A stretch of DNA of 64,000 nt from NCBI GenBank assembly GCA_016186795.1, contig JACPKY010000002.1, positions 465,044 through 529,043 on the forward strand. Direction: 5' to 3'. Source of the DNA: Candidatus Gottesmanbacteria bacterium. GTDB taxonomy: Bacteria > Patescibacteriota > Microgenomatia > 2-02-FULL-39-11. Each line of letters starts with the position of its first letter. Position 1 is the first letter of the stretch. The notes under the pieces are model-generated. The model was not told where the DNA came from. It did not search any database and saw only the letters and a program-made list of their open reading frames with translations. Positions 54,833-63,839 of the stretch are shown in pieces. The translations under genes and the position numbers were made by a program.

Positions 54833-55674
54833 CTCTCTTGATTTTTTTTGCGAACTATATAGAAAGATAACGCTCCTGCCAGAAACACAATTCCCAATCC
54901 CAAAATAATTAGCCCGACTGCACGAGTTAATGTTGATGGCGAAGAACTTTCTGCGTCTTTCGTAGAAGAATCTGAACTGGTTTGTAAACCAAGAAATTCA
55001 CCTATAACTGTTCCTGAATATGATGAATCGGTAAGTAAATTTTTAGAAATAAAAGAGGAAGGTGATGGTCTTCCTGTACCTGTAAATGGAGGCGAAGAGT
55101 TCAAAGGAATGGGAGTTTTTGACAAAGGAGGTTTTGGTGTGGAACTCGGCGATTTTGGGGAAGGGGTAGGTGTTGAGAATGTGGTAGGAGTAGGGATATG
55201 AATAAAAACATCCTGTTCGTTTTGATCGTCAAATGTACTTGATCCCCCTTCGGTAAATCGTTGCACCTTGAACTTGTAAGTACCTGCCTCTTTACACCCA
55301 CTATCATCTATATCGACTTTTGCAAGTAGTGTTGTTGAAGCTGACTGCGATGAAATAGTAACTTCCAGGAAATTTTTCCACCCGTTATTTCCCGTATACG
55401 GGCCTTTGAACCAACTTGTCCCATTCCATGTGTAGCCGCAGTAATTTGTCGATCCGCTCTTATAAAAGACTCCCCGTAGATAGTATGTTTTCCCATCACT
55501 ATTTTCCATAGTTAATTGCACATTTACCTCTACTTCCTCTTCTGAATTCGTTATTTGGGAAGTTGAAGGATTACCAAGTAAAATTGAAGATTTTGCATAT
55601 ACAGGAAGAAGGAAAAAGTGAGATAGAAAAAAAATTATTATTGCAGGGAAGAAGAGCAGACTGCGACGACTCAT
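54829..55674 (-). CDS. Surface protein with signal peptide, Ser/Thr/Pro-rich stalk and C-terminal TM anchor
   Basis: Start at MSRRSLLFFPAIIIFFLSHFFLLPVYA (ATG 55672-55674). C-terminus ...STLTRAVGLIILGLGIVFLAGALSFYIVRKKNQES. Confidence 0.5.
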   Translation of the reverse strand: MSRRSLLFFPAIIIFFLSHFFLLPVYAKSSILLGNPSTSQITNSEEEVEVNVQLTMENSDGKTYYLRGVFYKSGSTNYCGYTWNGTSWFKGPYTGNNGWKNFLEVTISSQSASTTLLAKVDIDDSGCKEAGTYKFKVQRFTEGGSSTFDDQNEQDVFIHIPTPTTFSTPTPSPKSPSSTPKPPLSKTPIPLNSSPPFTGTGRPSPSSFISKNLLTDSSYSGTVIGEFLGLQTSSDSSTKDAESSSPSTLTRAVGLIILGLGIVFLAGALSFYIVRKKNQES

Positions 55675-55698
55675 AGTCTTACTGTAGCATAAGTGGAT

Positions 55699-55746
55699 CC
55701 CTCGGCCTGAGGGCTTCGGGATGAAAGCGGGAAAATTTCCCGCTTT
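55699..55746 (-). terminator. Two adjacent hairpins (CCCTC-AGGCC-GAGGG and palindrome AAAGCGGGAAA/TTTCCCGCTTT) after the ftsEX-M23 operon
   Basis: Perfect 11-bp palindrome overlapping the M23 stop codon, with T-rich flanks on both strands. Confidence 0.4.
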
Positions 55747-56966
55747 CAATTTTGCAGATGCCAGTAGAGCGTCATTTTCCCGTTTTTGTGGAAAATAAAT
55801 GCTCCATTTCCTGCAGATTGTCCCCCATGGTAAAAGTATGCATTCCCGTCATCAACTGTCCGAACCACAATATCATTGTCATCATACATATCAAGACCGT
55901 CATGAACGCCTGATTGGTACCGCCATGACCATGGAGTATGACCATAGCATTGAGACATCGCGGGGTTAGACATTGGCCAATTCCAAGAACCACTTCCAAC
56001 AGTTTTGGTTTGACGAGATGAAACATCATCACATGAATTTGCATCAAATGGGAGTGATTTTGATTTAAGCATATTGAGAGGATTTTCTGTTCCTTTCCCG
56101 AAAGTAAATTTATTGTAGTCTGACTCATTGAGCGAATAAACAGAGAAATGAAGATGTGGACCCGTGGAAAATCCAGTGTTTCCCATGAGCCCTATTGCAT
56201 CGCCTGCTTTTACAGCCTTGGAAACACCGGCTTGTGAAAGAATAGATGCCGCTTTTTGGATTTCTGCTGCCTCTTTTTTGGCCGAAGCTAGTTCCTGCTG
56301 GTATCTTGCTTCGTTGTTTTTGGTAGCACTTAAGAAAAGTTCTTTCTCTCTTTTCTGATTTGCTAAGGTTACTTCCTCTTTTTCCAATTGCTTTTTCAGA
56401 TCGGCTAGTTCCAGCTTTTTTTCTTCCCGAAGATTTTTCTGTTCCTGGAAGTTTACCTTGCTGTTTTGCAGTTGGAAAAGAAGTCTCCTGTCGTGTGCTT
56501 GAACAATTTGGAAATACTTGAATCGGTTAAATAGGTCGGAGAATTTACTACTTCCTACAAATAAATTGAAGTAGGAAATCTCGCCACGTTTATACGTTGC
56601 AACGATCCTATCAATGAAAAGACTTGTAATTCTTGTCAGTGACAGTTCAAGATTATCAATTTTCCCAGTTATCTCTTCTATTTCTTTCTCTGTTTGAACA
56701 ATTTTTTCCTTCGTAGATTCAATTTTGGCATTTGTCAGTGAGATTTTCCCATTAAGATAAGTAATTTGTGCAACCATGCTCTGTCGTTGCGTCGCACAGG
56801 TATTGACAACTTCCGAATAACAGGTAACCCTATCAAATGGGCTTGATTTACTTTTACAGGGATCGTCTCCTGAACAGGAAACACTAGCGAAGATACCGTT
56901 TACGTGAAAAAACGGTAAGAGGAGGGAAAATGTTATGAAGAAAAACAGCGTCCATAGCTTAGACAT
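55746..56966 (-). CDS. M23 (LytM) family metallopeptidase with N-terminal coiled coil (EnvC/PcsB-like FtsEX partner); catalytic motifs in apparently permuted order
   Basis: Signal/TM, then an approximately 170-aa coiled coil. GDAIGLMGNTGFSTGPHLHFSVY (normally C-terminal in the M23 domain) precedes WNWPM...GVHDGLDMYDDNDIVVRTVDDG...FIFHKNGKMTLYWHL (normally N-terminal: HxxxD and HL motifs). Confidence 0.7.
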   Translation of the reverse strand: MSKLWTLFFFITFSLLLPFFHVNGIFASVSCSGDDPCKSKSSPFDRVTCYSEVVNTCATQRQSMVAQITYLNGKISLTNAKIESTKEKIVQTEKEIEEITGKIDNLELSLTRITSLFIDRIVATYKRGEISYFNLFVGSSKFSDLFNRFKYFQIVQAHDRRLLFQLQNSKVNFQEQKNLREEKKLELADLKKQLEKEEVTLANQKREKELFLSATKNNEARYQQELASAKKEAAEIQKAASILSQAGVSKAVKAGDAIGLMGNTGFSTGPHLHFSVYSLNESDYNKFTFGKGTENPLNMLKSKSLPFDANSCDDVSSRQTKTVGSGSWNWPMSNPAMSQCYGHTPWSWRYQSGVHDGLDMYDDNDIVVRTVDDGNAYFYHGGQSAGNGAFIFHKNGKMTLYWHLQN

Positions 56967-56972
56967 ACGTCG

Positions 56973-57884
56973 TCATATGTAATACTTCATATATCGGGAG
57001 ACGGCCAGTAGACTTCCGAGAAGTCCGATCGTAATACCTGCAAGCTCTAGTGTAAGGAAAAGCCCAAGAAAAAGATATATGTTTGGAGGCCAGATATGGA
57101 AGGAAAAAGTTGAGATGGAAAAAAGCGCCAAGGGAGGAATTCCCTGTAAGAAAGACGTCATGTATGGCTGTGCATACAAAACAATACCGGATGCGATGAT
57201 CCAGGAGATAAAAGCTCCCATCACACCATACGCCAAACCTTCGGCTATAAATGGTCTGCGAATATACCATGGTGTTGCTCCAACGAGCTTTAATATTTCT
57301 ATCTCATCCTTCCGATTTGCAATCTTCATACCAATACTAGTAAGGAGTATGAAAAATGTGGCGGCGAGTAAAAAGACTAAAAATACAATACCCATTTTCC
57401 GAATGGTTGAGGTCCAGGATATCAGCGTATCGACGACATCTTTCTGAAAGACAACCTCATCGATCCCTTTTTCACTTTTCAGTATTTCTGCAATCTCCGT
57501 CAGTTGGGAAGGCGAATACGTCGATACTTCAATTGATTCCGGAAGTATATCAGCTGTTACCATTTCCAGAAGAAGTGGATCATTTTTGTTCTGTTCTTGG
57601 TAGATTTTTAACGCTTCATCTTTGGAGACATAGATAAGACTCGCCACTTTCCCTGTTCCTTGAAGACGCCCCGAAATTGCATCAATCTGTGATTTATCAA
57701 CAGTTTCTTGAAAAAAAACGGTAATCTGAGGCTTGGATTCGAAATAGGAAATAACAGCAGAGGATATTGCGGCAATCAGAAGGAAGATCGACAGAACAAA
57801 AAGTGTTATCGCAATCATAAAAATTGCGGCAAGCGTCTGATACGGAGTCCGACGAATACGTTTCCAGTTTGATAGTGCTTTCAT
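56973..57884 (-). CDS. ftsX: Cell division permease FtsX
   Basis: Four TM segments with an extracellular loop; C-terminal KLVGATPWYIRRPFIAEGLAYGVMGAFISWII. Confidence 0.8.
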   Translation of the reverse strand: MKALSNWKRIRRTPYQTLAAIFMIAITLFVLSIFLLIAAISSAVISYFESKPQITVFFQETVDKSQIDAISGRLQGTGKVASLIYVSKDEALKIYQEQNKNDPLLLEMVTADILPESIEVSTYSPSQLTEIAEILKSEKGIDEVVFQKDVVDTLISWTSTIRKMGIVFLVFLLAATFFILLTSIGMKIANRKDEIEILKLVGATPWYIRRPFIAEGLAYGVMGAFISWIIASGIVLYAQPYMTSFLQGIPPLALFSISTFSFHIWPPNIYLFLGLFLTLELAGITIGLLGSLLAVSRYMKYYI

Positions 57885-57887
57885 AGG

Positions 57888-58565
57888 TTATGAATACTTA
57901 CTTTTCTTCTCATCACGAGTTTTTTTACCGTAACTTAGTGCGATGACTCGTTTTTTCAAGCTATTGACGATATCAACATTATGGGTAGCCATAATAATTG
58001 TTATTTCTTTCTTATTTATCTCATTTATAATCTTGAGAATTTCCCATGAAGTTTTCGGGTCAAGGTTTCCCGTAGGCTCATCTGCTAAAAGCACCTCTAT
58101 ATCCCCTGCAATTGCTCTTCCGACTGCTACGCGTTGTTGTTCGCCAAGGGATAACTGTCGAGGAAAATACAATGCTTTCTTCTCAAGATGGACAGTATCC
58201 AAGATCTCCTTAATTCTTTCTTGTATTTCTTCTTTCGATTTTCCTAAAATTTCCAGGGCGACTGATATATTTTCGAAAACAGTTCGGTCTTGCAACAGTT
58301 TAAAATCCTGAAAAACAAATCCTATTTTTCGTCGAAGGTATGGCACTTTGTTTGAGGGAAGTGTATTTAGCTCCCAATCATGGAAAAAAATTGATCCTTT
58401 GGTAGGCATTAGATCGTGAATGAGAAGTCGAAGTACCGTTGATTTTCCGGCGCCACTTGGACCGACAAGAAATACAAACTCACCTTTATCTATTGTGCAG
58501 GAGAAATCATCCAATGCAATTACATTACTAGGGTATTTCTTGCTAACATCATCAAAACGGATCAT
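57888..58565 (-). CDS. ftsE: Cell division ATP-binding protein FtsE
   Basis: Walker A GPSGAGKST, ABC signature LSLGEQQRVAVGRAI, Walker B LLADEPTGNLD. Confidence 0.85.
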   Translation of the reverse strand: MIRFDDVSKKYPSNVIALDDFSCTIDKGEFVFLVGPSGAGKSTVLRLLIHDLMPTKGSIFFHDWELNTLPSNKVPYLRRKIGFVFQDFKLLQDRTVFENISVALEILGKSKEEIQERIKEILDTVHLEKKALYFPRQLSLGEQQRVAVGRAIAGDIEVLLADEPTGNLDPKTSWEILKIINEINKKEITIIMATHNVDIVNSLKKRVIALSYGKKTRDEKKSKYS

Positions 58566-58580
58566 ACGAAGAAGAGGAAA

Positions 58581-59063
58581 TTATTGTATCACTTCTACTT
58601 TCCCAACATCCATAAGCCACCCGGCTTTTTGTGCTGCAAACGTTGCTCCCCAAATTCTAACCTTCTTCCCTTCGAATTCTTTGAGATCTAACACAGATGA
58701 GGTTAAATAGACTGTCTGACTTTCTCCCCCTGGGCGGACAAGATGATGTGTTCCTTCTCCATCAATTCCACCTGCTTCCAGTGTTCCCTCTGCCGTATCC
58801 GGAAATGTTTTTGTATCAGAAGAACCAACTGTCTTTTTTTCTTCCGTAGTTCCAGTTCTATCACTTACTAATCCAACTCCTCCTCCACCTCTTGTGAGAA
58901 GAAAGCCACTTAAAACCCCAAGCACCACAATAACTACTCCTGCAATTATTGTGGGTTTATTCATGAAATTTTTTGATTCCTCCATGGTATGAATCATCAT
59001 GTCAGGAGGTAGTTCGCTTATTTTCACTTTGGAGACCGGTTTTTTATCAATTACCATATACAT
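58581..59063 (-). CDS. Membrane-anchored hypothetical protein
   Basis: Single TM (IIAGVVIVVLGVLSGFLL) followed by a Gly/Thr-rich linker and a small C-terminal domain. Confidence 0.4.
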   Translation of the reverse strand: MYMVIDKKPVSKVKISELPPDMMIHTMEESKNFMNKPTIIAGVVIVVLGVLSGFLLTRGGGGVGLVSDRTGTTEEKKTVGSSDTKTFPDTAEGTLEAGGIDGEGTHHLVRPGGESQTVYLTSSVLDLKEFEGKKVRIWGATFAAQKAGWLMDVGKVEVIQ

Positions 59064-59065
59064 TA

Positions 59066-60082
59066 CTATACCTGGATCGAGAATTTTTTCAAGTAGGCGA
59101 TTATATAGGGTTCTATCCTTCCATCAAGAACTCCTTTGCTATCGGAGCTCTCATACCCTGTCCGCAAATCTTTGACCAGATGATACGGGTGAAGAACGTA
59201 CGAGCGAATTTGATTTCCCCATGAAGCCATTTTATGTGCGCCTCTAAGCTCTGATAAGTGTTTGACTTTCTGTTCTTCCATCATCTGCCAAAGTTTTCCC
59301 CGAAGGATTTTCAAAGCTGTTTCGCGGTTTTGTCCCTGATACCGCTGCTCCTGACATTCAACCACGATACCTGTTGGTTTATGATGGAGTCGAACAGCTG
59401 TTGAAACTTTATTCACGTTTTGTCCACCCTTTCCCCCACTTCGGAAAAAGTTCCATTCCAACTCATCATCCCGAATTTCTAACTCCTTGGTATTTTCCAA
59501 TATCGGCAAAACCTCAACCAAAGCAAAAGATGTCTGTCGAAGTTTATCTGCATTAAATGGAGACTGCCTGACAAGTCGGTGAACTCCCGCTTCACCTTTT
59601 AGATAACCGAATGATAGATAGTTCGGAACATTTATAGTGATACTTTTAATTCCCGCCTCATCTCCGGCAACCCGATCAATAATCTCCGTACTCCATCCTT
59701 TCGATTCAAAAAAACGAAGATACATGCGGGTAAGCATTTCTGCCCAATCCATCGCCTCCGTTCCACCCTGTCCGGCGTGTATAGAAACAATTGCACCATC
59801 CTCATCATGGGGTCCTGAAAAATACAGTCGGAACTCCAACTCGCCCAGTTCATCTTCGACCTCCTTCGTTTTCCCCTCTTCAATACGCTTCCTTACCTCT
59901 TCTATTTTCCCGACTGTTTTTGTAAGCTCTGATAATTCTTTCATGATCTTGGTAGACTCCTCATGATTTTGCCAAAATTGAGGATCGGAAGATTGCCTTT
60001 CAATCTCCGCAATACGTTTCTTCTTTTTCTCAATTCCAAGTTTACCCGAGAGTTCTTCTAATCGTTTTATTTGATCATCCAT
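59066..60082 (-). CDS. prfB: Peptide chain release factor 2
   Basis: SPF tripeptide ([10 protein letters not shown]), GGQ motif ([20 protein letters not shown]), colinear with E. coli RF2 from residue ~25. It is a single uninterrupted ORF with no CTT-TGA frameshift site. Confidence 0.85.
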   Translation of the reverse strand: MDDQIKRLEELSGKLGIEKKKKRIAEIERQSSDPQFWQNHEESTKIMKELSELTKTVGKIEEVRKRIEEGKTKEVEDELGELEFRLYFSGPHDEDGAIVSIHAGQGGTEAMDWAEMLTRMYLRFFESKGWSTEIIDRVAGDEAGIKSITINVPNYLSFGYLKGEAGVHRLVRQSPFNADKLRQTSFALVEVLPILENTKELEIRDDELEWNFFRSGGKGGQNVNKVSTAVRLHHKPTGIVVECQEQRYQGQNRETALKILRGKLWQMMEEQKVKHLSELRGAHKMASWGNQIRSYVLHPYHLVKDLRTGYESSDSKGVLDGRIEPYIIAYLKKFSIQV

Positions 60083-60170
60083 AAGGTACTATTTTCTCAT
60101 ACTACCACCCAGGTGTAAAATAAAAACTCCTTGTAAAAATAATCTTTTTGATAGTAGACTGAAAGTATCC

Positions 60171-61445
60171 ATGCAATCATTCATCGCATTTGTACGGCGT
60201 TCTTTTAATCGATTGGGACCAGGATTTATCACGGGCGCTGCTGCCGACGATCCGTCAGGTATTACCACATACTCTATTGCTGGAGCACAATTCGGGTATA
60301 CCCTGAACTGGCTATCACTTTTTTTGACGCCTCTTATGATATCTATCCAAGAAATGTGCGGAAGAATTGGGATGGTATCCGGTAGCGGCTTGGCAGGTGT
60401 TATCCGTAAATACTATCCGAAGAAACTTCTCTACCTTACAATAAGCCTTCTTTTTATCGCCAATACAGTCAATATTGGAGCAGATCTCGGTATGATGGCA
60501 GCATCAATTCGGATGCTTGTTGGTCTTCCTTTTTTCTTTTGGCTTATCGTTGTCACTATTTTTACTATCGCAATGGAAACGTTCGTTCCCTACGATAAAT
60601 ATTCACGCTACTTAAAATGGATGGGCTTAACACTTTTTGCCTACGGCCTCACAGCAATTCTGTCCAACCAGAATTGGCTGGAGGTTTTAAAATCCACAGT
60701 TATCCCTCATATTGAATTTAATGCCGAGTATCTCATGATTGTTGTTGCTTGTCTGGGAACAACAATTTCCCCTTATCTTTATTTTTGGCAGGCAGCAGAA
60801 CAGGTAGAAGAAGAAATAAGCGGAGGAAAAATCAGTGAGTTTGAGGAGTCTCCACAAATTGTAGAGGCCGAAATACGCCATATGCGGAAAGACACAACAG
60901 TTGGAATGGCTTTCTCCAATCTCATTGCGATGAGTATTATTCTCACAACTGCCTCAACTCTTTTTAGAAACGGCATCTATAATATCGAAACTCCTGAACA
61001 GGTGGCACTCGCATTAAGACCACTTGCCGGGGACTTCGCTTCCTTACTCTTTGCTTTTGGGATTATTGCCATAGGACTTCAATCTGTACCCATCTTAGCA
61101 GCAAGCGCAGCCTATGCATTTGCCGAAGCATTTGGATTTAAAGAAGGTCTCGCCAAGAAACTTACCGAAGCAAAAGCATTTTACATCACCATTGCAGCTT
61201 CTACACTAATTGGAGCTTTGATAAATCTTATTGGTATTAATCCCATCAAAGCCCTTTACTACACTGCAATTCTTAATGGAATTATTGCCGTACCACTCAT
61301 CGCCATTATTATTAGGCTTGCTGATGATGAACGAATTGTGGGAAGGTATAAAAGTGATAAAAAATTAAAAATATTAGCTTGGATGACGTTTGCGTTTATG
61401 GCGATATCATCTTTTCTTATGATTGCGTATTTGCTTCGATCGTAG
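60171..61445 (+). CDS. mntH: NRAMP-family divalent metal (Mn2+/Fe2+) transporter
   Basis: GPGFITGAAADDPSGITTYSIAGAQFGY and MPH-like motifs; 11 TM segments. Confidence 0.85.
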   Translation: MQSFIAFVRRSFNRLGPGFITGAAADDPSGITTYSIAGAQFGYTLNWLSLFLTPLMISIQEMCGRIGMVSGSGLAGVIRKYYPKKLLYLTISLLFIANTVNIGADLGMMAASIRMLVGLPFFFWLIVVTIFTIAMETFVPYDKYSRYLKWMGLTLFAYGLTAILSNQNWLEVLKSTVIPHIEFNAEYLMIVVACLGTTISPYLYFWQAAEQVEEEISGGKISEFEESPQIVEAEIRHMRKDTTVGMAFSNLIAMSIILTTASTLFRNGIYNIETPEQVALALRPLAGDFASLLFAFGIIAIGLQSVPILAASAAYAFAEAFGFKEGLAKKLTEAKAFYITIAASTLIGALINLIGINPIKALYYTAILNGIIAVPLIAIIIRLADDERIVGRYKSDKKLKILAWMTFAFMAISSFLMIAYLLRS

Positions 61446-62823
61446 TTTTGGTCTTCCACAGATCTGTCACCCATTTGGACAGCGTGTGCTTTTTCGTAAG
61501 TACTTCCCGTTTTGTCTCCATTCTGGCATGTTCACTTGCTTGTGCTTTGTCATTCTTTCTTATAAAGATATACTCATCATCGGAAAGCAATTCCGGATGA
61601 TAATCGTATCGAATGGGTACGGTTTTCTCTAAAGAATATACACCGTACTCTTTGGTATTTGACATACGATCTACAGTTTGTTTGTTTCGGAAAATCAGTT
61701 GTGAACCAACGATTCCTTCTCCATCGTACGATGTATCCAATGAAGGGAAAGAAAGGAATTCGGCAATGTGATATGCAAGAAGAGAAGTTTTACCAAGTCC
61801 CCTTTCAAGTTTAGTATAGAAGGGAATTGAGGCCGTCATTCTGGCATTCACTTCCGAAAGATACACTCTGTCTTTTTCTTCATCCATAATAAAATCCAAT
61901 CCGAATAATCCTCGGTATCCATTCGTATGCAGAAGCTTCCCTACTTTCAAAGATATATCACGGATACGAAGTGTATTTTTCTTCTCAAATTTCGGTACTG
62001 GCCACTGCCTTCCGCAGGTTGCGGCAGGATTTTTTGATAACGCCGAGATTCCATCAATTTGAATTGCGGGATCGCTTTGGAGTACCGACCCTTGGTAAAT
62101 ACAGCAGTTATTTAATACTGCAAATCCCGGTATAAACTTTGATACTTTCACCACTGTGTAGGGAAAACGTGTTGTAAGATCTTTCAGCTGATCTTTCCCT
62201 GAAATACGAAATGTGGTATTTCCTGCCCACCCATGACCAAATTGCACAACGAACGGAATTCCAAGATGATCTTTAATTTTCTGAAATGGTAGCTCTCCTA
62301 GTTTTCCAACAATTGAGGGAATCAGAACATTTGGCAATACTTTTTCAAAAAGCAAATGAAATTGTACTTTATTTTCAAACTGTTCGTTCAACTCCCAAGA
62401 ATTTCCAATTGGGGTAAATCCAAAACCCTCCAAAAGGTTATCAAGTTTGAGTGATGGCTTGAAGAAAAGAATGGCAGGAGTCCCCTTTGCGGTTCGACGA
62501 ATAAATGCCAACACTTTCGGATGCTCAATAAGTTTTGCGGAATTGGAATAACGTTGTGCTTCACTTCCGATTTCCTCTTCAAGGCAGAAAATTGTACCTC
62601 CTTGATTTCGAAGTATGGGAATAATTGGATCAGTCAATGCACAAATAATGAAATACTGAGGTAAAAGATCTTCAAGTCCAACTCCCCTCCACACATCAGG
62701 TGTGACAAAATATATCGATCTATTTTCCATAATACGTACCGGTAAGAAGGCAAAGCGGATTTTTATATGTATATCCCTTGTCTTTTGCTTTCCAAAGTCC
62801 CGCAAGAGCAGCAGCTCCTTCAT
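61417..62823 (-). CDS. ATP-grasp domain protein (carboxylate-amine ligase-like), unknown specificity
   Basis: ATP-grasp C-terminal motifs GYRGLFGLDFIMDEEKDRVYLSEVNARM. The likely true start is an internal Met (MENRSIYFV) near 62730, which reduces overlap with the upstream gene. Convergently overlaps mntH by 29 nt. Confidence 0.6.
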   Translation of the reverse strand: MKELLLLRDFGKQKTRDIHIKIRFAFLPVRIMENRSIYFVTPDVWRGVGLEDLLPQYFIICALTDPIIPILRNQGGTIFCLEEEIGSEAQRYSNSAKLIEHPKVLAFIRRTAKGTPAILFFKPSLKLDNLLEGFGFTPIGNSWELNEQFENKVQFHLLFEKVLPNVLIPSIVGKLGELPFQKIKDHLGIPFVVQFGHGWAGNTTFRISGKDQLKDLTTRFPYTVVKVSKFIPGFAVLNNCCIYQGSVLQSDPAIQIDGISALSKNPAATCGRQWPVPKFEKKNTLRIRDISLKVGKLLHTNGYRGLFGLDFIMDEEKDRVYLSEVNARMTASIPFYTKLERGLGKTSLLAYHIAEFLSFPSLDTSYDGEGIVGSQLIFRNKQTVDRMSNTKEYGVYSLEKTVPIRYDYHPELLSDDEYIFIRKNDKAQASEHARMETKREVLTKKHTLSKWVTDLWKTKTTIEANTQS

Positions 62824-63637
62824 AAGAACATAAAAGATTCTTTTGGGTAAGCCATTCGTGTGCTTTTACAATCTCCTGATCAGAAACAACCCATCCTGAA
62901 CCGCCAAATTTTTTAATTGTATCCAAGATTTCTTCCGCTCTTGGGGTGCTTCGAGCAACGATAGCATCAGCGATACTTCGATCGGTTTTTATAAAATCGG
63001 TGTCGAAAAGAGATGCTAAAGAATGAATTGAGGTTGTCTGTACGATATGAATTGCCGGATAGATACCTTTCTGCCGAAGTCCTTCGGCCATACCAACAAG
63101 GGTCGTAGCGCTACTTACTGGAATAAAAATTGCATCAATGGAATTACTCAATTCCCCTATTTCATACCCCAATGTCTGAAATCCGACTGCTCCGATCTCT
63201 TCTTTTGATTGTCGAAGGTTATACAATGCATTGGCTTTGGAAAATTTAATTGCATCAGATTTCGGACGAAGACTCTTCTGAATAGTTACGTTGAGTTTAT
63301 TTAGTCTTTCTAATTTCTTAGGGTGAATACGAGTACTTACAAATACTGTAAGGTCAATACCGGCAAGTGAACAATAAGAAGCAGCAGAGATTGCGGCATT
63401 CCCCGATGAAGAAAGAACCGCACGATTTATTCCTTTTTCTTTCAGTGCAGAAATCTGGTATGCAAACCCGCGATCCTTCACAGATCCTGTGGGATTAGTG
63501 TATTCAAGCTTGAACAAGGAAGAATCATGTTTTTCCACCGGTGTATTTCCTTCACCGAGGGTAACACGAAATTGTGGGGCAACTTTGGGAAGTACATCTT
63601 CGTATTGCCAGATGCCCCGTTTTTCTTGATTGACCAT
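62720..63637 (-). CDS. PLP-dependent enzyme of the tryptophan-synthase-beta superfamily (threonine synthase-like)
   Basis: Lys motif NPTGSVKDRGFAYQISALKEKG and Gly-rich SSSGNAAISAASYC. Confidence 0.7.
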   Translation of the reverse strand: MVNQEKRGIWQYEDVLPKVAPQFRVTLGEGNTPVEKHDSSLFKLEYTNPTGSVKDRGFAYQISALKEKGINRAVLSSSGNAAISAASYCSLAGIDLTVFVSTRIHPKKLERLNKLNVTIQKSLRPKSDAIKFSKANALYNLRQSKEEIGAVGFQTLGYEIGELSNSIDAIFIPVSSATTLVGMAEGLRQKGIYPAIHIVQTTSIHSLASLFDTDFIKTDRSIADAIVARSTPRAEEILDTIKKFGGSGWVVSDQEIVKAHEWLTQKNLLCSYEGAAALAGLWKAKDKGYTYKNPLCLLTGTYYGK

Positions 63638-63665
63638 AAAAAGTGTGGTTTAATTATATCTTGCC

Positions 63666-63839
63666 GTGACTGATAAACCAAAAACGCTTTCCATCCCCTG
63701 CCCCGAATGTGACACACCGATTGAAATTCCACAAAATTCAAAGGTAGGTACAATAATCGAATGTCCCGCGTGCGGAATTGATTGCGAAGTGATCAATCTC
63801 TCCCCTCCTACTCTTGCGCCTTTGGAAGAAGAGAAGTAG
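63666..63839 (+). CDS. Small zinc-ribbon protein resembling the LysW/ArgW amino-group carrier family (57 aa, GTG start); not in ORF track
   Basis: Translation (V/M)TDKPKTLSIPCPECDTPIEIPQNSKVGTIIECPACGIDCEVINLSPPTLAPLEEEK*. The CPEC-x17-CPxCG-x-[ED]-x-EV-x-L-x-P...EE pattern parallels T. thermophilus LysW, but the C-terminus is EEEK, not Glu. Confidence 0.35.
   Translation: MTDKPKTLSIPCPECDTPIEIPQNSKVGTIIECPACGIDCEVINLSPPTLAPLEEEK

Noticed and set aside
60083-60170. Search for the canonical prfB +1 frameshift site (CTT TGA C with upstream SD)
   Set aside because: The upstream region (AAGGAG...ATGAGAAAATAG) has no TGA-terminated leader frame. The RF2 ORF is intact from a Met equivalent to E. 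coli residue ~25, so no frameshift is called.
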